NCBI GenBank assembly: GCA_964019335.1
Contig: OZ025696.1
Coordinates: forward strand, 248,001 to 312,000
DNA: 64,000 bases
Direction: 5' to 3'
Source of the DNA: Diplonema japonicum
Lineage: Eukaryota; Protista; Euglenozoa: Diplonemea
Shown piece by piece: positions 11,938 through 22,968 of the stretch. Under the pieces are notes generated by a model. The model made no database searches. It was given only the letters and a program-made list of their open reading frames with translations, and was not told where the DNA came from. A program made the translations under genes and the position numbers. Position 1 is the stretch's first letter. Every line of letters begins with the position of its first letter.

Positions 11938-12264
11938 ACATAATCTTCTTTTAAATTGAGGAAAAAGAGGGCAATATGCTTCGATTCCACAATTAAAGCC
12001 CCCCCCCCCCACATTGCGCATTAAAAAAAAAAAAACCAGTCTTATTTGTGAATCTACTCAAGTTACGCTTTTTTTTTGTCTCTGGAAAAAAGATGAAACT
12101 TTTTTCGAAAAGCTTTTAAAAATAATAGTTTGTTTCTTTTTTTTTTTCCCCTTCTTTTTTTCATTTCTTTTTTTTGGGGGGGGGGGACCCAAAAACAAAA
12201 AGTCGTTGGGTATTTTTGGTTCTCTTTTTCTTTTCACTTTTTTTTTTTCAAATACAATGACGCA

Positions 12265-12485
12265 AGTCGAACGGCGCTCAGTACGGCCACCACAGTCGGT
12301 TCCAAGTGTATATAAATTACATGGGGTATTTTAAACCAAAGCGACCACCTCTCAGACACAGCGTCCGGTTCCCTGTTATGAGAGGTCTGCCTGTGCATAG
12401 GTGACAGTGGGTCAACGTTTGCCTTATTCTTGTCTCCCTGCCAAGCACCCGTCATCCTAGGCACAGACTTCCCCGAAATGACATA
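12265..12485. ncRNA. Candidate structured RNA/repeat E (contiguous copy)
   Basis: Left part matches 2388-2438 and right part matches 3805-3912. Multiple conserved stems. Confidence 0.4.
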
Positions 12486-12674
12486 ATTCAAATTGAATTG
12501 AACTTTCTTTTTCTTTTTTTTTTTTTTTTTTTTTTTTTTCAAAAAGGAAAGGGAGACAGAAAGAATGTTCCCCCCCCGTTCTCAGCTCAGCTATTGGGTG
12601 CAATGGCTCAGCATCAAAAGGAATGAACGGAGGGAAAAAAAAAAATGAAATGTGAACGAATGCGACCCATTCCA

Positions 12675-12711
<37 letters not shown>

Positions 12712-12980
12712 AATAAAGGCCTAACTATAAATAAACACATACATGGTCGCGTTTTTCGCGCTGTCTATTTAAGACCTCTGAGCTTGTTTACAAATTAGTA
12801 TGGGGGTCAGAGCGCGTTTTAGACTGGAGAGACTTTGTTTGTGCAAGCCGTTTTCACCTACAGTTGGGGGATAAACGGACAAGCTGCCTCTACTCTTTTT
12901 TGCAATAACAATTCTTTTCAAAAATTTGTTTACTTGTTCCAGCAAAAAACAAAAACAAAAACCCAGTATCTTTTGTACCA

Positions 12981-13050
12981 AAAAGAGTCGGTTGATTGTT
13001 GTTTGCGCACAGCCAGGGGTTAACCTGTAGAAGGATAAGCCCAACAATGC
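12981..13050 (-). repeat. Short hairpin repeat G
   Basis: Matches 32114-32187. ATTGTTG/CAACAAT stem, followed by a T-tract on the minus strand. Confidence 0.8.
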
Positions 13051-13235
13051 CACCACTACTCTTTTTAGCACTAACCAATGTTCATGCAAAAAAAAAAAAA
13101 AAAAAAAAAAACAAACAAACAAACAAACAAACAAACAAACAAACAAAAATCGAAGACCATTGGAAGAACGTGACCATGTTATGATATAGGTTGTACTATA
13201 AAAAAAAAAAAAAAAAAAAAAAAAGAAGAAGAATT

Positions 13236-16205
13236 TTGATAAATTTCGGTGTGCGGGTGGGTGCTCACCGTTCAGGGAGAAATTCACACTAATCGGTCAC
13301 CGTTCTGCGGTTGCTGTCTGGTGCCTGCGGTGGCTGTTTGTCGCGATGAGATGGACGGCATCTGGGCGAGAAACATTGCTTGGAGTCGTGCTAGGTAGGG
13401 GGCGGTTTGGCTCGAGGAGAAGAGTGGTCTCCTGTCGTAGCCGTGTGTCGTCGGGCCCCCAAGATGTCGAAGGGTGTGTACCCTTGTCTTTGCGTTGGCG
13501 GGGAAAGCATTCTTCCCACTCTTTGCTGTGCATTTCTGAATACGTCCTAAGATGTATCGCATCCTTCCAGCCTTCTCTGTGAGCCAGTCCTGGTCGTCGA
13601 GGGGTCCAGCCAAGGACTGCCGGGTGGCCTGCTCATAGTGCGAGCTCCATCGTCATGACGTCAACTTCCTGCCTGCGTACCATCTTAGGCTTTTCAGCCA
13701 CCTGAGGACGCTCTTCATGTAGAACATTAGGACCTTTCCCGACGCTCCGTTCGATTTCAACAGCTCCACTGTGGGCACAGTGTGCTGCTTCCCCGTTGTG
13801 ATCTCATCCCACGGGTTGGTGGTGAGGATTCTGGTGCTCCGTTCAGCCGCTCTGGCGTCTCGTCTTGACACGACATCCAACAGGTATCGTTGCACGACTG
13901 CCGCCTGTTGCTTCGCAGCCCCCGTTGCGCCCCTTGGAATGATCCCGTGGAGGGCGGTCACTGCAGGTAGGTCACTTCGTGTCATCCCGCCATATCCTTT
14001 GTTTGTCAGGGCAGCTCTCGCTGGTGCACATTCCCATAGGGCGTGCTCCGTGACTTCTGTCGTCGTCTGGCATCGATGGTCGCAGACGTCGCACGCAAGA
14101 GACGAGCTTTCCACACCCTCACGTTCATCCAATTGCTTCCCCCACACTCGAGGGTGTACCGTGAACACTGCACCGCTGATGATCCGCCGCAGTCTGTACG
14201 ATATCAGCGGTCTCCGTGACTGGAGCTTCCTCCACCAGGCGTTCGTGGACGGACATGCACCCGCTTCCATTCCAGCAAAAGACGACCTGCCGTGGATCAA
14301 TTCCTTTGCAACAGCCGGTCTGATCGCCTGTCTTACTTCATGGCGTCTCGCACTGGGCACCAGAGCGCGCAAACCTTCAATGAAGGACCACCCCTTGTTC
14401 AGGAAGGGTAGCCACCTCTTCAGCAAGACCCCTAGCGGCCCCCTCTCCTCGTCGTCCTCTCGCTCCCGGTACAGTGTAACAATCTCATTGACTCGCTGCC
14501 ACAGTTGTGGGGAGGTGAGGCTTTCTCGCACCAGGCAGTTCACCGTGTTGTAAACAATCTTCGCTTGTGGATATGCTGTGTGTCCAGGTAACAGCACATT
14601 GAGCACAGCCATCGGGGATCTCATCCTGAAGCGCGGTCCCCACAGGGAAGTCACCGTCGCTGTACAGAGCTTCTTCAGCTGGTTGTCAGACGGCGCAGCG
14701 TAGGTCGTACCGTATAGACAGGATGGTAGCACAGTGCCCGTCAGCATTGACGCCTTGTTCCCGAAGCTTAATGGCAATGCACCAAGCCGGGACAAACGGC
14801 CTTCGGCGGAATGTAGCTTGTCCAAACTATGTTTCCCGTTCATGTTCAGGATCACGCCAAGCGCCTTGATCCCCTTCGTCACTCTGAACGATGAGCCTGT
14901 GCACTTCAACCAAGGGCCGATCTCATCCTTCGTCGAGAATGCTTGTGACTTGTTTTCGTTAAGGCGCATGCCTGTCCGCTCGCAAAACTCGATTGTTTTG
15001 TTGGTCGCTCTCTTGAGTACCTCGACCAAACGCGCAAGTAGGTACGCGTCGTCCGCGTACGACAGCGATCGCGAGCCAGGTACCTCAGCAATCACGCACT
15101 TCACCATCACTGACACCAGAGCGTTCACCAGGATGACGGAGATTGGACACCCTTGGAGAATTCCATTTGTCACGTGGAACTCGGAACCCACGCCAGTAGG
15201 GAAGCGGAAACGTCTTTTGAGGCCTGCGTACATCGCTTTGAGCGGGGTCAGTATCCTCTGGTGCAAACCCAGGTCTTGCATAAGCCCGAACGCTACTTTC
15301 TGTGGCACCCTGTCGAAGCACTTGACGAGTGCTATGCCGTTAAGAGGGGTGTTGGTCAGCATCGCCGTCTCCAGCTGCGTGCTGAGCTCCATCAGGATGC
15401 TGTCCGTCCCGTGACGTGGTCGAAAACCATGCTGCGAGTCGTCCGCCCATTTCTCTTGCCATGGCGATATATCACGCAACCTGGCACAGGCCCACAGTCT
15501 GTAGACCGCACTCGTGACTGTGATGGGGCGGTGGTTGAGCGGAGTCCTCTCGCCTCCCTTCGGGATCAGCGTAACCAACGCCGTCAGGAGTGCCTTCGGC
15601 CACTTCCCTGTCACCTCGATGGCGTTGAAGAGCATCGCCCACGCATCCAACAATACATTTGGCATAGCGCGAAGTTCTGCCATCCTCCACCCATCAACTC
15701 CCGGTGCTGTCCTCGTCGATTTCTTGGCCAGAACTGCTCTCAGATCAGCCCGTGTCAGTGGCTGGAGCACCATGTCATGCGTCGAGATGTATGGCCCGTA
15801 TCTAGCCTTGAAAGCCTCGTACGATGGTTCTTCATGCCCTTCACCGTACATCTGGAGCACGCCGTCCCATTCCGCGTGCATCATCCTGTCCATCTCGTCG
15901 AGGTCTGCGGTCAGCACTCCGCCGCTCTCCACTGCCTGCGCCGCTGACGTAGAAGTGTTTTTCACAAAGGCGGTCATCCCCCTCCGCTCCTCCTGGAACT
16001 GGGTGTTGATCCTCGCCTCGTACTTCTTCTCCCGCTCCACTCTCGTGTCCTTTGCGATCTCGCGTAGTAGCGAGGAGAGGTTGTCGTCTAGCAGTTGAAG
16101 TCTGGTGACAATCGACTCCAGGTCATCCTTCAGCAAGTTCCTATCAAATACTGGAGGGTTTGGCAGTTTCTCCAGCAAACTCAGAGCATTCGCCCAAGTC
16201 TTCAA
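13236..16205 (-). mobile_element. 5'-truncated non-LTR retrotransposon (LINE family 1), defective RT
   Basis: RT motifs APGVDG, RPITV, QHGF, KCFDRV, GILQGCPIS, YADD. Zn knuckle CDVC-x9-H-x4-C. Motif-A Asp missing, frameshifts near 13653. 3' hairpin then T-tract. Confidence 0.93.
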
Positions 16206-16351
16206 GAAGAAGAAAAATGAAAATAAAGAAAAGTAATCTGATGAAACCTTTAAAAATCGAAAAAAAAAAAGTAAAGGAGGGGAGGGGGGGTTTCGCATAA
16301 TCCCTTTGGGCAGTGAGGGCGGTGTTTGGACTCCAAAAAAAAAAAAAAAAG

Positions 16352-16620
16352 AATTGTTTGGAATATGTACTTATTTGGGCTGGGGGGCCTGCCACATGGA
16401 AAGCAGGGAGCGGGGCTAGAGCACTTCTTGTTCTTGTGTTAGAACCCACAAACGTTGCAGACAAACCGCCTTGTTTGGTGTTAAATAATTGCTGAGAGGC
16501 TGCGGGGGTCTGAGAGGCCGCTGGGGCTTGAGAAGCTGCAAGGGCTTGGTGCTGGAGCCTCGTCGCACGGTCGACCTACATCCCGCCTCGGCTGCTTGGG
16601 CATGCCACACCCCAACCATG
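16352..16620 (-). repeat. Dispersed repeat family 4 (probable retroelement 3' end)
   Basis: Homologous to 26800-26990. Ends in a GGC.GG/CCAGCC hairpin and T-tract on the minus strand. Confidence 0.65.
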
Positions 16621-16730
16621 GAGTTTAAATAAAGATTAAATAAAAACATCTAAAAGCTGTAGATCCGCGGTAAGCCCACCTGGGAACTCAAAGAATCGTT
16701 CAGCTTCTCCAAAAGGCTGTGTTCTCTGCG

Positions 16731-19700
16731 TCACACGGAGACCATTCGCACTACGGATGGCGATATGGGTGTCCGCACACTATCTATCAGAGGGTCTTGA
16801 AGTTGTGAAGACTGTGATGATGCTTTCCGAGTGTAAGGGTTCACGAGCGGGTTTGATGTGAGAGAGGTTGTAGTAGCAAAAGGACTCTGTTCTGCCTTGT
16901 TCTCTGCCTCTTCCACTGTCTTCGTGAATGCCGTCCACGTGGGAGCGTCGTTCTTCAAGGAGTTCCCGCAGCAGAGGAGGTGGATGAGGAAGCTCCCGTT
17001 GGCTCCGATATCGGTGAAGGCGTTGTGCTCGTCGATGATGAAGATGACGACGTCGACCAGGAACTTCAGGAGGATGAGGTACATGGCGAGGATCCCGAGG
17101 GTACCTGCCGCCGAAGCGGACCAGTGCTCCGAGGGCTTCTCCTCCCCGAGGGCGACGATGATGAAGGCGGTCATGACGAGCTCCAGCCCTGCGATTGCGG
17201 TCTCCGTCGCCGTCTCGTAAGGCGCGAGGTACGGCCGCCGTATCACGAGCACCAGAAAGGTGAGCCCAATGATGGCGGCGATCGCCCCAGCCCGCACCTT
17301 GCACTGATGAAGGGTGGTCGGCTCCACCGCCTCCATCAACCCCAACACCAGTGTCATCACCACCTCGAAGGTGAGGAAGTATCTGTCTGTCTGCTTGTAG
17401 GCGTCGTAGGTGAAGCGGTGCACCTCCAACCACGACTCGTCCCCGTGCGCGTCATTCCCGACCCACTCCTCCCGCCCCCAGAACACCTTCCGCAGCAACG
17501 GTTGCCTCCCTTCGCACCGAACCACCCGCGCGTGAGCCGGTGCCATTCGCGAGTACCGCCACGTGTACAATGGGAACCCCATCCCGAACACGAGGAGCAC
17601 GAACATCGCAACAACCTTGTACGACGTCGCAGAGTACAGGATCGCGGCGAAGCATGACAGCACCGCTCCCCCGTACAGGAAGGTCGCGGGGATCATGAGC
17701 CATCCAAAGTGCGCCCGAGCAAGGAGGTACGTCCACGTCAACCCGTACCGCTCCAGATGGGTCCCGTGTTCGTTCCGAAGCTCCTCTTCCCATTCCACCG
17801 CCCCTTCCTGGTTGTTGTTGTTGTTGTTGTTGTTGTTGCTCTTCTTTTTCGCCACCTCCTTCCAGTAGAAGACACCCATCGCTATCCCTCCGAGACACAT
17901 GAACACGCTCTGCAGGAGGACGTTCCCCACGAGCGCCCCGTTCACCTGCTCGTTGTGCTCGTCCCCGAACCGCAGCCCCAGAGGGTTCAGCGTCTGATCC
18001 ATCTTCGTCGGCCCGTCAGAGGGACAGTACATCGTCATCGTCAGCATCGACATCTTCACCAGCGCTCCCCCTGCGGTCGGAGACACGGGCACCACAACCG
18101 ACGTAGCAAGCACTGCCGCCACCCCGACAGACGACACCGTCTTCTGCATCTCGGTGTTCGGCATCTCCGGTTGCTGCGACTGAAGCCTCACATCCACCTT
18201 GCAAAAGGAGCGCGTTGATGGTGATGATGACGGTGAAAGAGGAGGAGGAGGACACGAACAAGAAACACCATTAGCCTCCGAAGGGTTCTGGAGGCACAGC
18301 TCTTCCAAGGTCGCGTCCACAAAGAGGTCTCCTGAGAAACTTATCTTCAACGTTTCAGAGTTCGGAGAGTAGGAACGGAAGTCGCTGTTCCGAAACACCA
18401 GCGACACAGCGTCCTTGCCCCCTCCGAGCTGCGCCACGAGATCCGCGTCGCTCGTCGTCAGCTCTGCCGTCACGCTCCCGGGGTCCGCGAGCATCGTCGC
18501 TGCCAGCCCAAACTTCGACTCCGTAGGGGACCGGTCCGTCTCCACCACCACACACGGCCCACCGTTGCACGCCAAAACCTCGTTGCTCCTGCTGTCGTTG
18601 TTGTTGTTGTTATTAATGTTGCTGTTACCGTCAGCATCGTTCAGAGCCATCCCGCCGGGCCACCTCACAAGCACCACGAGGTACCGCTCCCTCCACCGAA
18701 GAACGGTGCCCCCCACGAGGCGTGCCACCACAGTGTCCCCGCCCTCCTTCTGGATCTCCACGGACTCTATCTTCCTCTCCCCGACAATCTCCAGTCGCGT
18801 CACCCCCTTCCCTTCCACTCGGGGGACAGGGGTCGGAGGTGCCCCCGTGTCCGGGAACGGCGTCGGAGGTGCTGCTGTGTCGGGGACCCAGGTGAGGGGT
18901 GCCCCCGTGTCAGGGGAGGGGGTCGGTGGTGCAGAGGTGGACGGCGGGTCTGTTGCGGGTGCCTGCGTCGGAGGGGAAGCTGTCGGAGGTGAGGGGGTAG
19001 CGGGGGCAGGGGTGGGGGGTGCGAAGGTCGGAGGGGCGGGGGTTGGAGGGGCGGGTGTTGGAGGAGCAGGAGTGGGTGGTGCCAGTGTTGGTGGTGCCGG
19101 GGTCGGTGGGGCAACAGTTGGAGGTGCAGGAGTAGGAGGTGCAAGGGTAGGAGGAGCGGGTGTTGGTGGTGCCGGTGTTGGGGGAGCTTGTGTGGGTGGT
19201 GCCACAGTTGGAACAGCAGTCGGAGGTGCGGGAGTGGGAGGTGCCGGTGTTGGTGGTACGGGGGTATCAGGAGCAGGAGTTGGGGGAGAAGGAGTATCAG
19301 GTGCCTGAGTGTACTTCGGTCTGCAAGTAGCCACCAACTCGTTGAGATCAGAGGTGTCAGAGAGAACAGCCTCATCGAGAAGGTATTCCCCAGCCCTCGC
19401 CGCCCTTGTCCCGCCACGATGCCGCTCACCAAGAATGATCCCTCCGTATGAACTATCAGCCACAATGTTCATTGCCAATGTCTTCCGCATCACCTCCAGC
19501 CCGTCTACGTAGAGGACAAGCTCTGTACCGTCGTAGGTGGCCGCCACGTGTGTCCACACATTAAGAACGAGCTTTGTGCTGGATGTGGGGTTCGTGCTGT
19601 AAGTGTAGACACCAAGGGACTCGTCAGCCTTCACCATCAGCCCAACACCGCCGCTGGGGTTCGCATTCCTGTCGTCACTGCCGAAGTGGAAAAGCACACG

Positions 19701-19985
19701 GAACCCTGGCTGGACCATCTTTACGTAGACCCCTATGCCCCACGAGGAGGTACCAAGGGGGATGTCCTTTGAAGGTTTTGGCAATGCCTTCAGCTCATTC
19801 ACCCCAACGTGCAAAGAGTTGCTTCCGCACACAACGTCAGTGGACAGGTAAGTACCCGTGAGGGCACCACCGGTGTTCCCTGCGGTCCCGGAGTCGGTCA
19901 TGTCCCCATTTAAGTTGTAGTAAGTGTACACCCCACAGTCCACGACCTCTATGCACAGGCACATCCACAGTAACAAACATCTCAT
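16731..19985 (-). CDS. LamG + PTPAP stalk + multi-pass TM protein, paralog C (1084 aa)
   Basis: Core matches paralog B. Shorter stalk, different signal peptide and cytoplasmic tail. Confidence 0.92.
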   Translation of the reverse strand: MRCLLLWMCLCIEVVDCGVYTYYNLNGDMTDSGTAGNTGGALTGTYLSTDVVCGSNSLHVGVNELKALPKPSKDIPLGTSSWGIGVYVKMVQPGFRVLFHFGSDDRNANPSGGVGLMVKADESLGVYTYSTNPTSSTKLVLNVWTHVAATYDGTELVLYVDGLEVMRKTLAMNIVADSSYGGIILGERHRGGTRAARAGEYLLDEAVLSDTSDLNELVATCRPKYTQAPDTPSPPTPAPDTPVPPTPAPPTPAPPTAVPTVAPPTQAPPTPAPPTPAPPTLAPPTPAPPTVAPPTPAPPTLAPPTPAPPTPAPPTPAPPTFAPPTPAPATPSPPTASPPTQAPATDPPSTSAPPTPSPDTGAPLTWVPDTAAPPTPFPDTGAPPTPVPRVEGKGVTRLEIVGERKIESVEIQKEGGDTVVARLVGGTVLRWRERYLVVLVRWPGGMALNDADGNSNINNNNNNDSRSNEVLACNGGPCVVVETDRSPTESKFGLAATMLADPGSVTAELTTSDADLVAQLGGGKDAVSLVFRNSDFRSYSPNSETLKISFSGDLFVDATLEELCLQNPSEANGVSCSCPPPPLSPSSSPSTRSFCKVDVRLQSQQPEMPNTEMQKTVSSVGVAAVLATSVVVPVSPTAGGALVKMSMLTMTMYCPSDGPTKMDQTLNPLGLRFGDEHNEQVNGALVGNVLLQSVFMCLGGIAMGVFYWKEVAKKKSNNNNNNNNNQEGAVEWEEELRNEHGTHLERYGLTWTYLLARAHFGWLMIPATFLYGGAVLSCFAAILYSATSYKVVAMFVLLVFGMGFPLYTWRYSRMAPAHARVVRCEGRQPLLRKVFWGREEWVGNDAHGDESWLEVHRFTYDAYKQTDRYFLTFEVVMTLVLGLMEAVEPTTLHQCKVRAGAIAAIIGLTFLVLVIRRPYLAPYETATETAIAGLELVMTAFIIVALGEEKPSEHWSASAAGTLGILAMYLILLKFLVDVVIFIIDEHNAFTDIGANGSFLIHLLCCGNSLKNDAPTWTAFTKTVEEAENKAEQSPFATTTSLTSNPLVNPYTRKASSQSSQLQDPLIDSVRTPISPSVVRMVSV

Positions 19986-20164
19986 TAATCACCCCCCCCC
20001 CCCCCTCCAATTACCTTTCTATTTTCAGGGGGGCAAGAAAAAGAAAAAAAACACAAAAGAAAACAACCTAAATAATAACACAAACAAAAAAAAGAAAAAC
20101 TAAAGTCTATTTTTTCCTTTACCCCCCCTTCTTTCTTTTAACCCCCCCCCCCCCCCCATTCTCA

Positions 20165-21571
20165 TTACGTGCATTCTGCGCAAAACTCAAGCAAGGCGCC
20201 ATGCTGGCACAATCCGAGATTTTGGTGGCGCAATCTATGATGGTTGTGCATTTGAACGAGTGACGTTCCCAGAAAGGGACCGCCGGATGGACCATAGGTA
20301 CAAGTTGCCACCGGGCATTGAAATGACTGTAATTCTTCGTCGGGGTGTGAAGCATGGTGGTAACCAGCATTCTGCTCCTCATGGTACCGATACAAGCAGT
20401 AGGAACACACCAAGACAACACCCACGACCGAGGAGATCAACACGCTGAACCCGGCGGAATCTTTAAACGCAAGATCATCATCGTCAGAAGGGTTTGCCGG
20501 GGCTGACATTGAATCGTTCCAGCAGAAGAGAACATCGTGGGTGCTGATGCTACCCGCATCGCCGGCAGCCTCATTATAGAAAAGCCCTGTATGGTAACCA
20601 ACGGCGTTTGAACGGTAGTGGCAGCCGGTCGGCATGTCGGAGTTTTTCTGAACAGAAACCTCCCCCAGTGAAAGCGGTTGCGACAACGCGGTACAGTTAA
20701 GCAACGTGACCGCCACGGAACAGCTCGAATTCGGAACAACGTGAACCATTAAGTTCCGGTTCGCTGCTTCAAAGGTTGCCGCGGGTACCGTGTAATGCGA
20801 GGCGATCTTTGCAGACAGGGTGAGCGAAGACTCAATCACAATCTCCGACAACACCGCGTTCACATTAACACCCAACGTCGTTTTCAAATCACTCCCGTTG
20901 AACGTGCTAACTGTGTCCCTTGCCTGAGCAGTGTTCGGGTGGATCGCAGCCACAACCCCATTGACATACATGCTAAACATCCCTGTTGGTGTCAAAAGAC
21001 ACTGCACATTATTCGCTTTATCAAGCTTCGCCACACCAAACAAATCGACGTCGTTATATCTACACAATGGAAACCCGCTTGAAAGATGTAAGGAGTATCC
21101 TCCGCTTGTATCTGTTATAGATAGCAACACGGCGTTTGTTTCATTCTGCGCGGAAGAAACGGTTGCCGACCATCTCACGCTGTGCTGTGGGTGGGTCAGC
21201 TGGATCTCCGGGAATTGTCGTACCGTAACTGCGGAAAGATCGAATGTTGAATCAGAGCAGCCTTCCTCTGAGCACAGTGTCCACGAACAGTCGGCAGGTT
21301 GGTTTGTGAATGGGGTCCATCCCACCAGAGTGTCCTCCTCACCCGATATTACATATGCAATGGCGCTGCTGCATCTGTCTCCCCCGCACACCCCTGCAGC
21401 TTTCACCTTTCCTACCCACGTGTCAGGGATCACCGCCTTGCAGCCTGCTACGCTGACTGTCGACATAACATAATTCACCACTTCCAGATTCTCAGGAGGC
21501 ACCTCACCCGCCTGTACCTCCGCCGCTTCCCTCGCTGTTATTGCAAGGCATAGTGAGTACAACAATATCAT
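20165..21571 (-). CDS. Type I membrane protein: Cys-rich/LamG-like ectodomain, cytoplasmic Zn-finger-like tail
   Basis: Signal peptide; MFSMYVNG beta-sandwich motif; TM VLISSVVGVVLVCSYCLY; tail CPVATC...H..LRH and CQHG..FCAEC. Confidence 0.8.
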   Translation of the reverse strand: MILLYSLCLAITAREAAEVQAGEVPPENLEVVNYVMSTVSVAGCKAVIPDTWVGKVKAAGVCGGDRCSSAIAYVISGEEDTLVGWTPFTNQPADCSWTLCSEEGCSDSTFDLSAVTVRQFPEIQLTHPQHSVRWSATVSSAQNETNAVLLSITDTSGGYSLHLSSGFPLCRYNDVDLFGVAKLDKANNVQCLLTPTGMFSMYVNGVVAAIHPNTAQARDTVSTFNGSDLKTTLGVNVNAVLSEIVIESSLTLSAKIASHYTVPAATFEAANRNLMVHVVPNSSCSVAVTLLNCTALSQPLSLGEVSVQKNSDMPTGCHYRSNAVGYHTGLFYNEAAGDAGSISTHDVLFCWNDSMSAPANPSDDDDLAFKDSAGFSVLISSVVGVVLVCSYCLYRYHEEQNAGYHHASHPDEELQSFQCPVATCTYGPSGGPFLGTSLVQMHNHHRLRHQNLGLCQHGALLEFCAECT

Positions 21572-22326
21572 CTGAGGGGGGAGGGAGGGGGGGGGGGGAG
21601 TTCTCCTTTTTTTTTTCTTTTGAGGTATTTCTTTTTTTTAATTTGTGCAAAAAGAGCATGGAGAGAAAGAGAGAGAGAGAGAGAGAGAAGAAAGAAGAAA
21701 AAAAAAAGGGCGGGGATAATGGATTTTTCTTTCTTCGTTTTGCCCCCTTTCCCCACCATCACTTCTAGTAAAGCGATGGTTTGGGGGGGGGGGTAAAAAT
21801 AAAGGGGGAAAAGTAAAGAAAGAAAAAGAAAAGAATACCGGATTTTGGGAATAACATCGGGGGAGGGGAAATTATGGGGGGCTTTTGTTTTTTCGATTTT
21901 TTTTTTTTTTTTTGAAAACCAACTTGGAGACTTTAACCCAGAAAGAAAAGTCTTTGTTTTTTCCCCAGTACAGGAAAAAGCCAAGGAGGAACTTGTCTTA
22001 TTCTTATATTTCTGGACCAAGAAGAATTATTATTCCCAAACGCGGTACTACAGAGAATCAAGCAGGGGAAAAGGAAACAAGAAATATGATGAGATGAGTC
22101 ATCTTGGAAAGAGAGATGATATAAGGGAGAACAACAATGCTGTTCCCCCGTGCTTCCAGTGACCGTACATATTTCTTCTGCTGCTCATGGGAAAGTGAGG
22201 GGGGTAGTAATAAAATAAGGATTCTTTTTTTCTTTTTATGAATGGATACTTTCGGGAAAAAGATGGCCCGTATGCAGAAAAAAAGATTAAAACCAACTGC
22301 GCCACAAAAAGAAAATGCAAAAAGTA

Positions 22327-22396
<70 letters not shown>

Positions 22397-22968
22397 AAAA
22401 AAAAAAAGCAGGGGTGTGAACATTAGCCAAACACCCTTATCTAGTTTCTTTCCTTTGTTCTTTTTCTGGATGAGCGGAAATACTTCCTTCACGGGGTCCA
22501 GAACAGCACAGCCTCTTTCTTCTTAGCCAAAACAGCGAGGAAGGGTTGGGGGGCGGGAGTCTTATTCGAATTTATTCCCCCTTTACCCGACCACGGCTCG
22601 GTCGGTCTAAATAAGAAAGAGAGGGAAACAAAAAGAACAAAAGAGATTTAAAATACGAGATGCTTCTCTGATAAAAATTTTTTTTTTCTCCTTTCCCTTC
22701 CTATTCCAGCACATACATGTGTAGTGCTTTATCAGTTGAAAGAAAGGTTGGAAAAAAGAGAACAAAAGAACAAGAAGAAAAGAAACAAAAAAAAAAAAAA
22801 AAAAAAACAACAACTAGCAAAAAAGGCCTGATACAAAGCACTTTCTTTTCCCATGCCACATATGACAGAGCGCAGAACATATATATATAAAAAAACAAAA
22901 AAAGAAAAGTGATTTAACGTTTAAAGTTCCGCCTCCCACACACTATTTTGGAAAACACCTTGTTACAG

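Noticed and set aside
12262-12482. Element E as RNase P RNA (GGGAAGTCTG, TTGGAA, TTCGACTT in order) or as a twister ribozyme (CGGTCCCAAG)
   Set aside because: P1-P3 and the twister stems are not supported, and the putative P4 partner is not conserved between copies. An Infernal search would settle it.
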